A stretch of DNA of 64,000 bases from assembly GCA_004764695.1 (NCBI GenBank), contig SMSO01000005.1, positions 558,001-622,000 of the forward strand, given 5' to 3'. Below the pieces are notes generated by a model. That model was given only the letters and a program-made list of their open reading frames with translations. It ran no database searches and had not been told where the DNA came from. Positions 11,981-23,162 of this stretch are shown here, piece after piece. Every line of letters starts with the position of its first letter. The stretch's first letter is position 1. The DNA comes from Schizochytrium sp. TIO01 (taxonomy: Eukaryota > Protista > Bigyra: Labyrinthulomycetes). The position numbers and the translations under genes were made by a program.

Positions 11981-12625
11981 CTTTGAAAAAAGAGGCTACC
12001 CAATGACCCTCAATTACCGCCTTGCGCTTGCCCAAACCCGTTGGGACCACGCAAGAACTGCTTCTGTTGGCTCTCAATCTCATCAAGTCTCATTCATTCA
12101 TTCATTCATTCATTCACTGATCCTCCAAAGAACTGCGCAACGCAAACTATGCTTTGGACTTATGAGGTACGTCCCATCCTAGTACTCGTAATAACCAAGG
12201 GATGCGCATTAGCTGATACTGCTCTTGGTAGGAGGCCCCTACTCGGCAAATAGTGCAGCTGCAATGAATGGGGATGAGGAGCCTCAGAATTGCGATATTG
12301 GCTGCGTTTCCTAAAATCGAGATGGACGCTCAGGTTGGTACCCAGCTGACGAGGACGAGGACGATTTTACCTTGCTTGCTTGCTTGGTGTACCGTCGAGA
12401 TCATTGGTGATGAGAAACTTCATTTATGACCCTTTATTCGAGTAGAGCCTCTGCCTAAAACAAGAGCATCGATGTGCTATGACGAAATTGGAGTGCTTTC
12501 AATTTAGTTTTATTTTTTCTTCATGTTATGTTGAAAGTCTCTCCTCAACTTTTTCTCCGAAAAGAAAAGAAAAGAAAAGAGAAAAATTAGTTTCTCGGCA
12601 CTTCTTGCAAACAACAAAGACCACG

Positions 12626-13173
12626 ATGGCGCCGCGCCGCAACCCTTTCCTGCGCACGGGAGTACCCCTCGTGGGCCTGGTGGTGCTGGGCTCGCTGGGC
12701 TTGTCCACAGTACGTTAGTTGAATCGCACGCAGCTGTCTTAGTCCGCTTTCTTTGCCCTCTACTCTTGAGCAAGCGATATTGATGTTGAAGATGTATGAT
12801 TATAGATGTGCGAGAGCATCTGCTTTATTCCAGGGACGAAGCGACACCTTACGAAAGGAATTGCGCGAAGCCTCGATTCTAGAGTCTAGATCACTGACAA
12901 AGTTGGTTGGGAATGAACTTGCATCTGTTGCATGATGGGCCTACTGTGGATTCTGGAATTTCTGTTACCATACAATGCTGGATGCTACATTTATAACGAC
13001 AGCTGATGCAAGGCAAAAACGATATTGGGGATGCCCGCAAGCAGCGCCGTAGCTTGACAACGCGCGAATATGACCTAGAGCAGGACTACAAGCGCACAAT
13101 GGCTAAGCTTGCTCCTGAAACAACTGAGTTGGAGATTGTTCGTATTCCGCGCCCTGAAGAGGAAGAGGACTAA
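12626..13173 (+). CDS. COX16: Cytochrome c oxidase assembly protein COX16-like, two exons (12626-12709, 13003-13173), 84 aa
   Basis: Exon 1 encodes MAPRRNPFLRTGVPLVGLVVLGSLGLST (TM segment). Donor GTACGT at 12710, acceptor CAG ending at 13002, phase 0. Exon 2 encodes LMQGKNDIGDARKQRRSLTTREYDLEQDYKRTMAKLAPETTELEIVRIPRPEEEED*. The FL..G.P..G.G TM segment, DLE.EY-like and VRIPRP motifs match the COX16 family pattern. Confidence 0.8.
12710..13002 (+). other. Spliceosomal GT-AG intron of the COX16-like gene (293 nt)
   Basis: GTACGT donor and ...taacgacAG acceptor. Removal fuses two in-frame COX16-like segments. Confidence 0.75.
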
Positions 13174-14597
13174 ATACGTATTAAGGTCGTCTTGCATTTA
13201 ATTTTCCAAATGATAAACTGTGCAGGCGTGTGAATGAAAGTCTTCTCGCGTAGGCCGTAGAATAACTCAACAAGCAGCTATGGGTTGCCTCGCATGTCTT
13301 CATCTCCTTAAAGTAACAGTCGAAGCAGTCCAAAAGAAAACTCTCTTCTTTTCTTTGAAAGCAAGCCAGCTTAACTAAATTTGACCTGCAAGCGCCTCGC
13401 TCATCAGCTTTTCGTACTATTATGAGCTCAAGGTATTGTCTTCACTCCATAACCTCTTTGCAAAATGTTCTTTAATTCTACCTTTTTTCTTCATCTATTT
13501 TAAATGTTGATATGCAGATGAATCTTTCCTGCCTTGACTTGAAGGAAATATTTGGCTTGATTGAGGATTAGCTTCCATGTTAGACAACGTAGCAACGAGT
13601 GTCACAAACTATTGATTTGTATTGTTTTACTTCTGACTTAGTTTGGCATAGAGATTTGCTTGATCCTTACACCATTTGATGTGCACCTGCCCACTCGTCT
13701 TTTCGCCTTTTTGCCATCACACCATAACTGCTCAGCGCAGCTACAATTTTTATTCGATGAGTTCATTTGGGCTTGCTGCTCTCTTTCTAAAGTAGGATTC
13801 CCTTCTTGCACGTATTTACTCATGCTCTGAATGACTTAACCTTGCAGCTGCTGCTAGCTTTCGGTTTTAAGTTCTACGTAACCTTTGTGGCACCAATATA
13901 CCTGGTCCTATCTTCTCAAGGTAGCCAGCAGGAGCTTCTTTATTCTTTCTTTGTACAATACTTACTAAGTCGATCTGCGACACTGTGGGTTAAAAACTCG
14001 CAGGTCTATCTAAAATACTGCAACACCCGTTCTACTTTCACTGCTAAATCTCTAGTTCTTCTCAAATCATCACCTTCCTGCCCCTAGCCATGAGACAATT
14101 AAGAACCCTCCCTTAAAAGCTGACGTCATTTCCAAATAGATTGTTCTCACATGCCTTGCATCTAATGATGACCTTCATTAGCCCCTAAAACCTGGTCAAT
14201 TGCAGTGCACATTAGCCTAGGCAAGGGTGATCGCGGCAGCTGTACACCAGCGCGCTGGCGCACCGTTTCGCCTTTCTCGGCGGTGTTAAACTTCTTTTTC
14301 CCATTTCCCCCTATATTTCCTCTCTGGTCCATCGAGCCGTTGGGTTGCCACGTGGATCTCCGCCTCTTCTTTGATAATTTCCCTTTTCCACGGACTATCG
14401 TGATGCAGGAAACAATCAACTGAGTTCTTTGCCCTATTGTATTCTCCAAAGCCCAACCGGGTAGGCAGGGATGTCTATCACCGGTGCCCTACGCATATAC
14501 ACGAGCCTGTTTCTATCTAGGTTGCAAGTTGATTATTTATTTCCTACTAAAAGAAATAGCTTTCAACTCTGACTATAACGTTTACATTTTGACTGAC

Positions 14598-14661
14598 GAA
14601 TGAATGAATGAATGAATGAATGAATGAATGAATGAATGAATGAATGAATGAATGAATGAAT
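14598..14661. repeat. (GAAT)16 microsatellite
   Basis: Perfect tetranucleotide run. Confidence 0.95.
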
Positions 14662-14858
14662 TCCTGGAACTGCGTTTTCTGAACTGGACTCAGATGGTGC
14701 CTCCATAGCAATGGAGCCCCTTTCTCTGCAACTTGTATACTCTAGAGAAACACTCAAGTTGTCGATTTCCTCGCAGGCTCCAGGGCACCAGCACTGCTGC
14801 TCTCTCTCCCAGGCAAAGTGAGGAGCACACTACTCAATAAAGAAGCCTTAGCACTAGC

Positions 14859-14894
<36 letters not shown>
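14859..14894. repeat. (ATTG)9 microsatellite
   Basis: Perfect tetranucleotide run. Confidence 0.93.
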
Positions 14895-15080
14895 CAATAC
14901 TGAACAAGCCAGCATCTCTGCCCGCCAGTACGCCATGGACAAGCAGTGCATGGGCTGGCTGTCCTCTTTTTGTCTTTGAGCTGCCTCTTGTCCACTGCGT
15001 GGGCTCTCGCGAAGAGTGCCTTGGCGTATTCTGGACCCAGCTAGTTGGCCTTCAAGTAGTCCACCATTTGCAATTCCCCC

Positions 15081-15249
15081 AAAGAAAGAATAAACAAAAG
15101 AAAGAATGAGAGAATAAACAAAAGAAAGAAAGAATGAGAGAATAAACAAAAGAAAGAAAGAATGAGAGAATAAACAAAAGAAAGAAAGAAAGAAAGAATA
15201 AACAAAAACAAAAGAAAGAATAAATAAAAGAAAGAAAGAAAGAAAGAAA
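15081..15249. repeat. Purine-rich compound minisatellite (gaatgagagaataaacaaaagaaagaaa-like units and (GAAA)n)
   Basis: About 25-30 bp degenerate units repeated several times. Confidence 0.85.
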
Positions 15250-16458
15250 GTCTCACTAGGTGTGCCTATGAGTCTCCTATTGTGTTGATAGGAGAAGTTG
15301 CAGCAGCAGCTTTAGCTTCCATTCAGAAGCAGTGCCAAAATGGCAGCCTTTTGCGGCAAACGGTATTATCATGAGCCTGCCTGCTTCTTTGCCTCTCTGA
15401 TTGATGGTTGGGCACCTCAGTCGCTCGCATTTGATGAACTCGCAAGCCCGCCGATCACTATAGCTAGTTAGTTGATCAACGAATTATGCGATCGCTCGCT
15501 TGTTAATTTCTAAATGCGCCTACATAAAGTACCAACATCGCCATTCTCAAAACCCGTAGCCAAGGTTCACGATTCCGATGTTTACATTCGTGCTTGAACA
15601 GATACCATCAAAGCAACTTATCAAATAGCGTTTGGATTGCATTGCATTCCTCAGAGAGAGCCTTCATGTCTCTTGAGCTTGAATCAAAAGCCTCTTTCAA
15701 GGTCTCCGTAACGCCAAAATGTGGGTCAATCGCGATGGGCGTTTCTGATTAACCACCTTAAGATAATTATAAGGAGTAAGCAGGGCGAAACGTTCACACT
15801 TCGCGTGCTAAACATATTATGGTAGTAAATAACACTCAGGAACGGCGCTGCCTCCTTAATTGGCGGCCCTTAGCTTGCCTGGTCTCGATGCGATTCCTTC
15901 CTCGGACTCGATCAATTCCCGAAGACGAGAGACGCCGCCGCTGCCCCGCCGCAGCGCCTCCGCTTCCGCGCCCGCCTCTACCGCTGGAGCGCTGCGCTCC
16001 TTAAATACCAACAGTACCGCCTCGCTGCCGCAGCTTCTGCCGCCGCCGCCAGCCGCGCCGACTCCTCGCCATCTCGAAATCGGCCCAAGGAACACTCGAG
16101 AGATTTAGAGATAAACAGGGAGAAGAGAAAGAGATAAATTCACGAGAGAACCAAATTGATAAGTAGCTAGGCGGCCAACTGCGTTGAAGGCAGCTGGAGA
16201 GGCTACAAAGGTCCTTCACTTACTTGATCTCTTGCTCAAGGTTTCCTTGATTGGCATTCTTAATTGCAAAGTCTTCGTAGTAGTGACCGAACTTCTTTGA
16301 GGCTCCAGAAAGGCGACCTCGTAGAAATTAACTTGTGTATAAATCTCCTACCGAGTAAATTTCTGGGTTGACTGACTTCATCAAACGAGGGACCAGATTC
16401 TACACTTGAGATTCTTCCTTCATCTCGTATTCATTGTAGCAAAAAACAGAAGCCAGCA

Positions 16459-18210
16459 ATGAGCGACTCACAGCAGCAGTTTGGTTTGGGCAACCTCCGC
16501 ATCGAGGAGAGCGGTGGCATTGACCCTGAAATGCACAACAGCACCGGGGGGCCTTCAGCCAAGATGGGCGTTCGTGGGATCACCAGTGGTATGGGCCTTG
16601 GCTCAGACATCCCAAAGGGCATGATGGGCACCGGCGCCAGTGCCAATGTGACTGGTATTTCGGGCGGCGATGTTCTCGGCTCCTCACCTGCTAATCTCCA
16701 GGTGCCTGATCGCCTGAAGTTTGAGATGGACGACGAGGTGGAGGCAACGAGTGAGAAGAAGGGAGATGAGGATGACTCTAACACCATCTTTAAGGAATTC
16801 GAAGAGTGGCTCCTGACTAACGGCGCCAAGTTTCCTGATCTGTATCTCAAGCGCTATGGTGACTCAGACGTGCGTGGTGTGCATGCAAGGCGTCCTATCG
16901 CACCTTACAACTGCATCATTCAGATCCCGCTCAAGTGTCTCATCACCGATGAGATGGGCCGTGAGACCAAGATGGGTCGTAAGCTTTTTAGCCAGAACTA
17001 CTCTCTGTCTACACCTAATCTTATTGCTGTTCTGCTCTACATAATGGAGACCCGTGAGGACCCTAAGCACTTTTTTCAGCCGTACTATCGTGTTCTTCCA
17101 CGTAAGTACAATGACTTTCCCATCTTCTATGATGATGAGCAGCTGACCTGGCTCACTGGATCGCCTTTGTTGGATGATATTGCAGAGCGCAAGCGCAACA
17201 TGTATACTGATTATGAGGAGATTTGCCGTTTGGTACCCGAGTTTAATCGTTTCACTTACGAGGAGTTCCTTGAGGTACGTACTGCAGTCGGCTCGCGAAA
17301 CTTTGGCATCCTTGTTCACAACCAGAAACGCACTGCCATGGTCCCTTACAGTGATATGCTTAACCACTACAGGCCTCGCGAGACCTCATGGACTTTCGAG
17401 GACAGCAAGGATGCATTCACTATCACCAGTCTCTCTTCGCTTCAGCCGCATCAGCAGGTCATGGACTCCTATGGCAAAAAGTGCAACTCCAAGTTTCTCC
17501 TCCACTACGGCTTTGCGGTCGTGGACAACCGGGAGGAGGATGGTAAATGTCAGAATGAAATTTATTTGCGACTCCACCTACGCAGCGCTAAGCATGACTC
17601 CCTGTACGAGTCACGTTTGGCCGTTCTTGGGCCTTCGCGTAGCTCACGCGGCTTCCGCCTGTCGATGAACATCGAAGACAAGGCAACCAGCGAGGCCCTG
17701 AGCTACTGCCGTGTTGCTGTTGCCACTGCAAGCGAGTTGTCTGAGATTATGCAGGCGCGCGGTCTCGATGACTCTAGTGTGGGTGAGGATGCTCATGCTC
17801 ATACATACCGTCGCTCGCGTGACTCTTATCGTGATTCCTCGGTTGGCTATGTGTCAGCACGGAATGAAGTGGCTGCTTTGGAGATGCTTGCTGCGGCTTG
17901 CCGTCGTCAGCTTGGAAAGTACCCGCAGACGTACGAGGAGAACTTAGAGCTTCTTCACCATGGTAACCTCAAGCCATTTTCTGTGCGTCGCACCACACTC
18001 ATTGTTGTCGTTAGTGAACAGGAGATCCTCTCATTTTGGAACTACGCTCACGAGACCTTGTCAGAGATCCTGCAGGACACTACCCACGAGACCCCTCTGT
18101 ACCAGCGCCTTCGCCAGCTCCCGGACCGCACTCACCGCGATGCTGATCTGGCTCGCTTTGCTGCTCGCTTGGCATATGAGATCCGCATGGCTGCGCCCCC
18201 CCGTCGCTAA
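16459..18210 (+). CDS. SET-domain protein methyltransferase with Rubisco-LSMT-type substrate-binding domain (SETD3/SETD4/LSMT-like), 583 aa
   Basis: Motifs FEEWLLTNGA, RGVHA, IPLKCLIT, FFQPYYRVLP, VGSRNF, MVPYSDMLNH (SET NH motif) and QVMDSYGKKCNSKFLLHYGF, followed by a helical C-terminal domain (NEVAALEML...LGKYPQTYEE). Low-complexity Gly-rich N-terminal extension. Confidence 0.9.
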   Translation: MSDSQQQFGLGNLRIEESGGIDPEMHNSTGGPSAKMGVRGITSGMGLGSDIPKGMMGTGASANVTGISGGDVLGSSPANLQVPDRLKFEMDDEVEATSEKKGDEDDSNTIFKEFEEWLLTNGAKFPDLYLKRYGDSDVRGVHARRPIAPYNCIIQIPLKCLITDEMGRETKMGRKLFSQNYSLSTPNLIAVLLYIMETREDPKHFFQPYYRVLPRKYNDFPIFYDDEQLTWLTGSPLLDDIAERKRNMYTDYEEICRLVPEFNRFTYEEFLEVRTAVGSRNFGILVHNQKRTAMVPYSDMLNHYRPRETSWTFEDSKDAFTITSLSSLQPHQQVMDSYGKKCNSKFLLHYGFAVVDNREEDGKCQNEIYLRLHLRSAKHDSLYESRLAVLGPSRSSRGFRLSMNIEDKATSEALSYCRVAVATASELSEIMQARGLDDSSVGEDAHAHTYRRSRDSYRDSSVGYVSARNEVAALEMLAAACRRQLGKYPQTYEENLELLHHGNLKPFSVRRTTLIVVVSEQEILSFWNYAHETLSEILQDTTHETPLYQRLRQLPDRTHRDADLARFAARLAYEIRMAAPPRR

Positions 18211-19650
18211 GTCAGTCCATGAAAACAAGCAAGACAGTCAAACAAACATACATAGGCCGCTGCGACGAGCTAGATCTTTTGCAATTTCGCTTTCCTTGTT
18301 CTCTGAACGTGTTGTTGGGAACCGAGAGAGTTTGCTAGCAAATATACATTTAGGCGAACCTTTCTGGTTGCTTCTGTGGTTACTTGCATCTTCTTTCTGT
18401 TGTGTGGCCTGCTAAGACAGGAAAAGGAATCAGTCCATGTGAAGCCCTTCAGTTATTCCTCTCTTGGAGGAATACAACAAAATTACTAGACAAAGAAAAT
18501 GAGAAGAGAGGAAAATATCTTCTTGAAAGAGAACGACTTGTAGACAAGAACGAGAAAGAAAAAAAAAAAGAAAAAAAAAGAAGATATGCCATTGTTAATT
18601 GTGAAGCTAGTCGTCCTGGCCAAGCAGACCTGTGACGTCATTTGGATGTGTTTGATTGCCAAGAAGCAAGGCAAGGCGTTAGGTCTGATTTAACAAGTGT
18701 GAGTAACAGCGCGGGGCTCACATCAAACAGATCAAGGACACAACTAAGAAAAAAAAAAAAAAACTCAAAAGAATTGATACGCGTACATGCTCTTTGCTGT
18801 ATATCTCCCTCTGAATCGAATTGGCGCTGTATTGTTAAAAAGAATACTTCGCAGAAATCAATCCACTGCCCTTCTAATTCTTCAGCATTGAACAATTTAA
18901 GAGAGAGATCATCTGAGAGATCACTCACCCTTTACTACCCTCGACATTTCATAGCTAATGTAAACCTCATTATTGTTTGTGCATCTAGCACTGTGAACGT
19001 TTCCTCCTCTTATCGTATTTCGAAATTCAACCATATTTCACAATTACTGCGTTCTATGCTGTGATAAGACGCAGTCGTGTTCCAGCCATGCCACGTTCAA
19101 ATAGTTGATATGGTGTATGGTATGTAACCTGATCGAAGGTAGACCTTCACGGAATCCTTCAATGGATTATTGCGTAGAGAATTTGAACGTGCTTCTTGAC
19201 ATTTTTGCATTCGATGAAGTACGGATCCCCTTGGAGACGAGGCTCACAAGTTGCCCAATTAAAGGATCTTGCAAGCACTTGCTTATGTAGCATTATTATG
19301 TTGCGCCCAAGGAAAAGGGTGATCAGGATTTGCCTTAGTCTGAGGTGGGATGTCAGAAGTTGTGAATTATTATGTTAATGAACTTGGTTGTGTATATAAT
19401 ATTGTGCTGTTATCTTTTGACTCCTCCTGGGGAGTCGACGATTCTGCTAGCATGATTGGAAGAAAAGATCCAGCAGCATAGACACGTTTCTTTTCGTTCT
19501 ACTTTTTACTCTCACAGTGGAAGAGTAGCAAAAGGGTGCTATTGCTTATCGCGGATTGTGATTTGTCATTCTAGCTCTCAGCCATCTTCGGATTGCCACA
19601 AAGACGTGAGAAAAAGAGAAGACAGATGTGAAGGAAGGGATGATAAAACA

Positions 19651-20865
19651 TCACGGCGCTGATTGCAGTCCTCGTGATTTCAAGTACTCATCATTGTAGA
19701 GTTTGGTAAGCTCCCGGCTACCTGAGCCACAAATAACAGTGACAATGGTGTGCCCAGGCCCAAGACGACGTGCTATCTCACGTGCAGCACAAAGGTTCAA
19801 AGCAGAACTGCTGCCTACAAAAAGTCCGTCTTGGTCGAGAAGGTGACGACTCATGTTTACCACCTCCTGATCGCTAACGCGGAGTGCCTCATCGATGGCC
19901 GGAAGTCCGGTTTCAAAGTTTGCTGTGAGACGGTCAATGCCAATACCTTCGCAGAGAGTGTCATCACGGTGTCTAAGAAGCCTGCGCTCAGCCTGTTCAC
20001 GTGTGTAGAGCACGCCATCATTTACACGGTGGAAAAGACTGGAGCCCTGACAGTCTGCAAGAATTACCCGGACATCAGGATCTTGAGATTTGAGAAACAT
20101 GCTAATGCCTGCAATCGTACCTCCCGTTCCTGCAGACATAACAAAGGCGTCAACATTTCCCTCTGCATCCCGCCAGATCTCAGGTCCTGTTGTCTCATAG
20201 TGCATTTTGAAGTTGGCAAGGTTCTCAAACTGGTTGGCAAAGACACCTCCAGGAATCTCTTGAGCTCTGCGTCGCGCGACATTGACATAGTGGCCATTAT
20301 TAACAATCGATGCAGGTCTCACGAGCTCAAGTTCCGCTCCCAATCTCGTCAACAGCTGACGCTTCTCTATGGCCTGGTCATCAGGCATGACAATGATGCA
20401 CCTGTACCCTCTCGCTCGGCAAACCTGCGCTAGACTAATGCCTGTGCTTCCCGATGTTCCCTCCACTACAGTGCCTCCCTCGCGTAGAGTTCCATTGCGC
20501 TCAGCCTCTTCGACAATGCTCAATGCCACGCGGTCTTTAGAGGACCCTCCGGGATTAAGGTACTCGCATTTGGCTAGAATCTCGCACCCCGTCTCCTCGC
20601 TCAGAGACGCCACGCGCACAAGAGGTGTATTTCCAATCAGCCCTGTGAACCCGTCATGTACACCTCCGCGTGCACCTCGTCCATCACTGCGTCTGGATTT
20701 TCTTTCTTGGTGTGTTGCGCAGGAGGGCGAAGTGCGGAAGAAGTTATGATGGCGTCCTGCCATCAGCCACCAGGCAAGGCCACCGCCACATGCAAGGCAG
20801 GCAGCGAGAGCACCGACGAGGGATGCGGCAGAAGGCTTCTCGGGGGCAGCGGCCACGGCACTCAT
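19651..20865 (-). CDS. Cysteine synthase-like PLP enzyme with N-terminal membrane anchor (Cys12/Mcy1-like subgroup), 404 aa
   Basis: IGNTPLV, KCEYLNPGGSSKDR (PLP lysine), EGTSGSTG, NQFENLAN, SAGTGGT and GLFVGSSS motifs. Hydrophobic N-terminal segment LVGALAACLACGGGLAWWLM. Confidence 0.92.
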   Translation of the reverse strand: MSAVAAAPEKPSAASLVGALAACLACGGGLAWWLMAGRHHNFFRTSPSCATHQERKSRRSDGRGARGGVHDGFTGLIGNTPLVRVASLSEETGCEILAKCEYLNPGGSSKDRVALSIVEEAERNGTLREGGTVVEGTSGSTGISLAQVCRARGYRCIIVMPDDQAIEKRQLLTRLGAELELVRPASIVNNGHYVNVARRRAQEIPGGVFANQFENLANFKMHYETTGPEIWRDAEGNVDAFVMSAGTGGTIAGISMFLKSQDPDVRVILADCQGSSLFHRVNDGVLYTREQAERRLLRHRDDTLCEGIGIDRLTANFETGLPAIDEALRVSDQEVVNMSRHLLDQDGLFVGSSSALNLCAAREIARRLGPGHTIVTVICGSGSRELTKLYNDEYLKSRGLQSAP

Positions 20866-21992
20866 GGCAGTTATCGATCCCCGCCTCTTATGCGTTTGCT
20901 AGAGGCTTCTGTGTTCGAGATCTGTGCCCTTTTCACAAACTTAATGCAATTCCTTTATTCTGCCACAGATAATAGCAATTTTAATTAACACAATCGACCC
21001 CATAAAGGAAACGAAAAGGGCGGGTACCGTCTTGACAGACTCTTGAAGAAAGGCTTGAAAGTTGAAGAGTTGCGGGATCACGGAACCGTAAATTTTTCTC
21101 ATTATATGTACATTTCTCGGCCGGGACTCTGTAACCCGGTGGCGAAGATGTAGGTACTATCATACTTGATGGGTGGCTCGCCTTCAGTATCAGCTCTTAG
21201 CCTCCTCTTGCGATTGATCAGATGATAAGGAAAACTAACAGAGAAAATAATTATCTAGTTGCTGTCTTGAATTCTGGGAGAACTTGGCACTGGGCAAGAT
21301 CCACAGCGTTCATTTACTCAAGATCACACTCGTGTGCAGTCCTTGCACCTTGGGAAAGCTCATGTCTCTAGGTATTGCTGTCATGGTTTGAAATTTTGTC
21401 CTCAAAAGAATCGCTTGTAATTTTTCACTTGGTGGGGTGCACAATGGTCTCTCAGAACCATCTGCTCTAAGGAGTCCTACTGACACCTACCTACCACCCT
21501 TCCTTCATACCCATGCCTACTAATTAACCTATTGATAACTCTAACCAGGGTTCTATGATAGGCAAATCAGCCAATCTCCTGTGGAAATTAGTCTTTTCAA
21601 TCGTTGGCCAGCAAGCACCATCGCAATGACAGCGCTGCATCAGCAGGAACTCGAGTACGCTTCACCGTCATCGTCATCGGTATCACCACTATTCATGAAA
21701 TCAGAACCTAGTCACCCAGTTACTTTTTACGAGGCAGTTGATTCTGTGGAGAGGTGCTCCTGATCAATGGATATGTCTATTTTATCTACAGGTCACACAT
21801 AATCAATCATTCGGGGTCATGATTTTCTGCCATGACGATAGTCCAAAAAAACTCAGGAGGCAAAATCATTGTTCAATTTACAACTACCCACGGAGTAAAT
21901 TAATGTAAGAGCTCCAATTTACAGGCAGGTATATCATCACGGTGTGCTGCAGTAGGTTCTGGGTTATCATCCTCAATCATTCATAAACATAA

Positions 21993-22096
21993 CATTCATT
22001 CATTCATTCATTCATTCATTCACTCATTCACTCATTCATTCATTCACTCATTAATCCGCTTAATTTAACTTTAAATTGATTGATTGATTGATTGAT
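21993..22096. repeat. Compound (CATT/CACT)n and (TTGA)n microsatellite upstream of the RPA34-like gene
   Basis: Tetranucleotide runs read directly from the sequence. Confidence 0.9.
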
Positions 22097-22364
22097 GGCA
22101 GAACCACCTATTAGCAATTGGTTACTCCTTGTATTGAAAGGCCTGAATAAGTAAGCAAGCAAGCCATTGGTAAACCTTCCTCGCCGCGACTCGAGCGACC
22201 TCGAGAGCGGTCTGAGTGAGTCTCTCACGCAGGCCCCCCGCCTCCTGAGCCGTCTGTCTCGCTCAACTGAAGCTCCGACAAGCCAAGCTCGCAGCTGCAA
22301 GCTTGCAAGCAAGCTCGCTTCTGTCTACTCGTCCTGCATCGAATCAACAACCTTCTCTTACGCC

Positions 22365-23162
22365 ATGACGGACGCCTCTTCCGAGATGCGCAAGCGTAAG
22401 CGCTACGCATACCGCATCCTCACTGATGAGTCATCCTCCTCCCATGCACCCTCTGCTGAGGATGGTTCCGTGCAGGACTCTCGTATGCTCCGCCATGCCG
22501 GCAGCATCTGGGATGCCGAAGAGCGCCGCCGCGCTGGCAAAATGTCCTCTTCCGCAACTGCAGCCATGTCCAGTGTACCTCCTGGAGAGGAACTCTGGCT
22601 TGTGTCTATCCCTGCGGACTTCGACGCCCATGACCTCAATGGCCTTCGCCTGTCTGGGAAGAAGCCCCTCGCGGACCAAGAAATCCAAATTGGCGCTACC
22701 CACACGCTCACTGCTGACCTGCTCTCGGGCTCTTCTCAGGTGCGGTGCCTGCGGCCTACTAGCTCCTATGTCAACGGCCTGAGGCTTACACCGCCTGCCG
22801 CGCGTGTTTTCCACGTCGTAGAGCGTGATGCCGCTGATGATGAGGCCAGTGAAGCGGGAGGCAGTGCCCAAGAGGAGGAGGAGCGCCTGCGCAAGGCTGA
22901 AGAGGTCGTCAAGAGACTTTTGCCGAAGCCGCGTGAGCAAATTGAATTTAGGACTTTTTCTATGGCCGACAAAGAGGAACTGCTGAAGCGCATGCAAAAG
23001 GCGAAGGCGCGTGGAGAGAAGAAGAGGGGCAGAAACGCGATTAAGGAAGAAGCAGAAGACGAGGAGGACAAGGAGGAAGAGAAGTTGGTGGCCAAGACAG
23101 CAAAGAAGGACAAGAAGAAGGGCAAGAAGGAAAAGGAGAAAAGGCGCAAGTCTGTGGCCTGA
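22365..23162 (+). CDS. RPA34: RNA polymerase I subunit A34/PAF49-like protein (alternative start ATG at 22542)
   Basis: EELWLVSIPADFDAHDLNG resembles the ELWLI.AP..F motif of RPA34/POLR1G. A LPKPRE Pro segment and a Lys/Glu-rich C-terminal tail (KKDKKKGKKEKEKRRKS) are also typical. The ORF-track TTG start at 22167 is unlikely to be real. Confidence 0.65.
   Translation: MTDASSEMRKRKRYAYRILTDESSSSHAPSAEDGSVQDSRMLRHAGSIWDAEERRRAGKMSSSATAAMSSVPPGEELWLVSIPADFDAHDLNGLRLSGKKPLADQEIQIGATHTLTADLLSGSSQVRCLRPTSSYVNGLRLTPPAARVFHVVERDAADDEASEAGGSAQEEEERLRKAEEVVKRLLPKPREQIEFRTFSMADKEELLKRMQKAKARGEKKRGRNAIKEEAEDEEDKEEEKLVAKTAKKDKKKGKKEKEKRRKSVA

Noticed and set aside
15819-16219. GC-rich short ORFs upstream of the SET gene
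   Set aside because: Low-complexity Pro/Ala/Arg translations; more consistent with promoter or 5'-leader sequence.
16390-16412. Partial resemblance to the reverse complement of the U2 snRNA branch-pairing region
   Set aside because: Short, mismatched and lacking flanking U2 stems.
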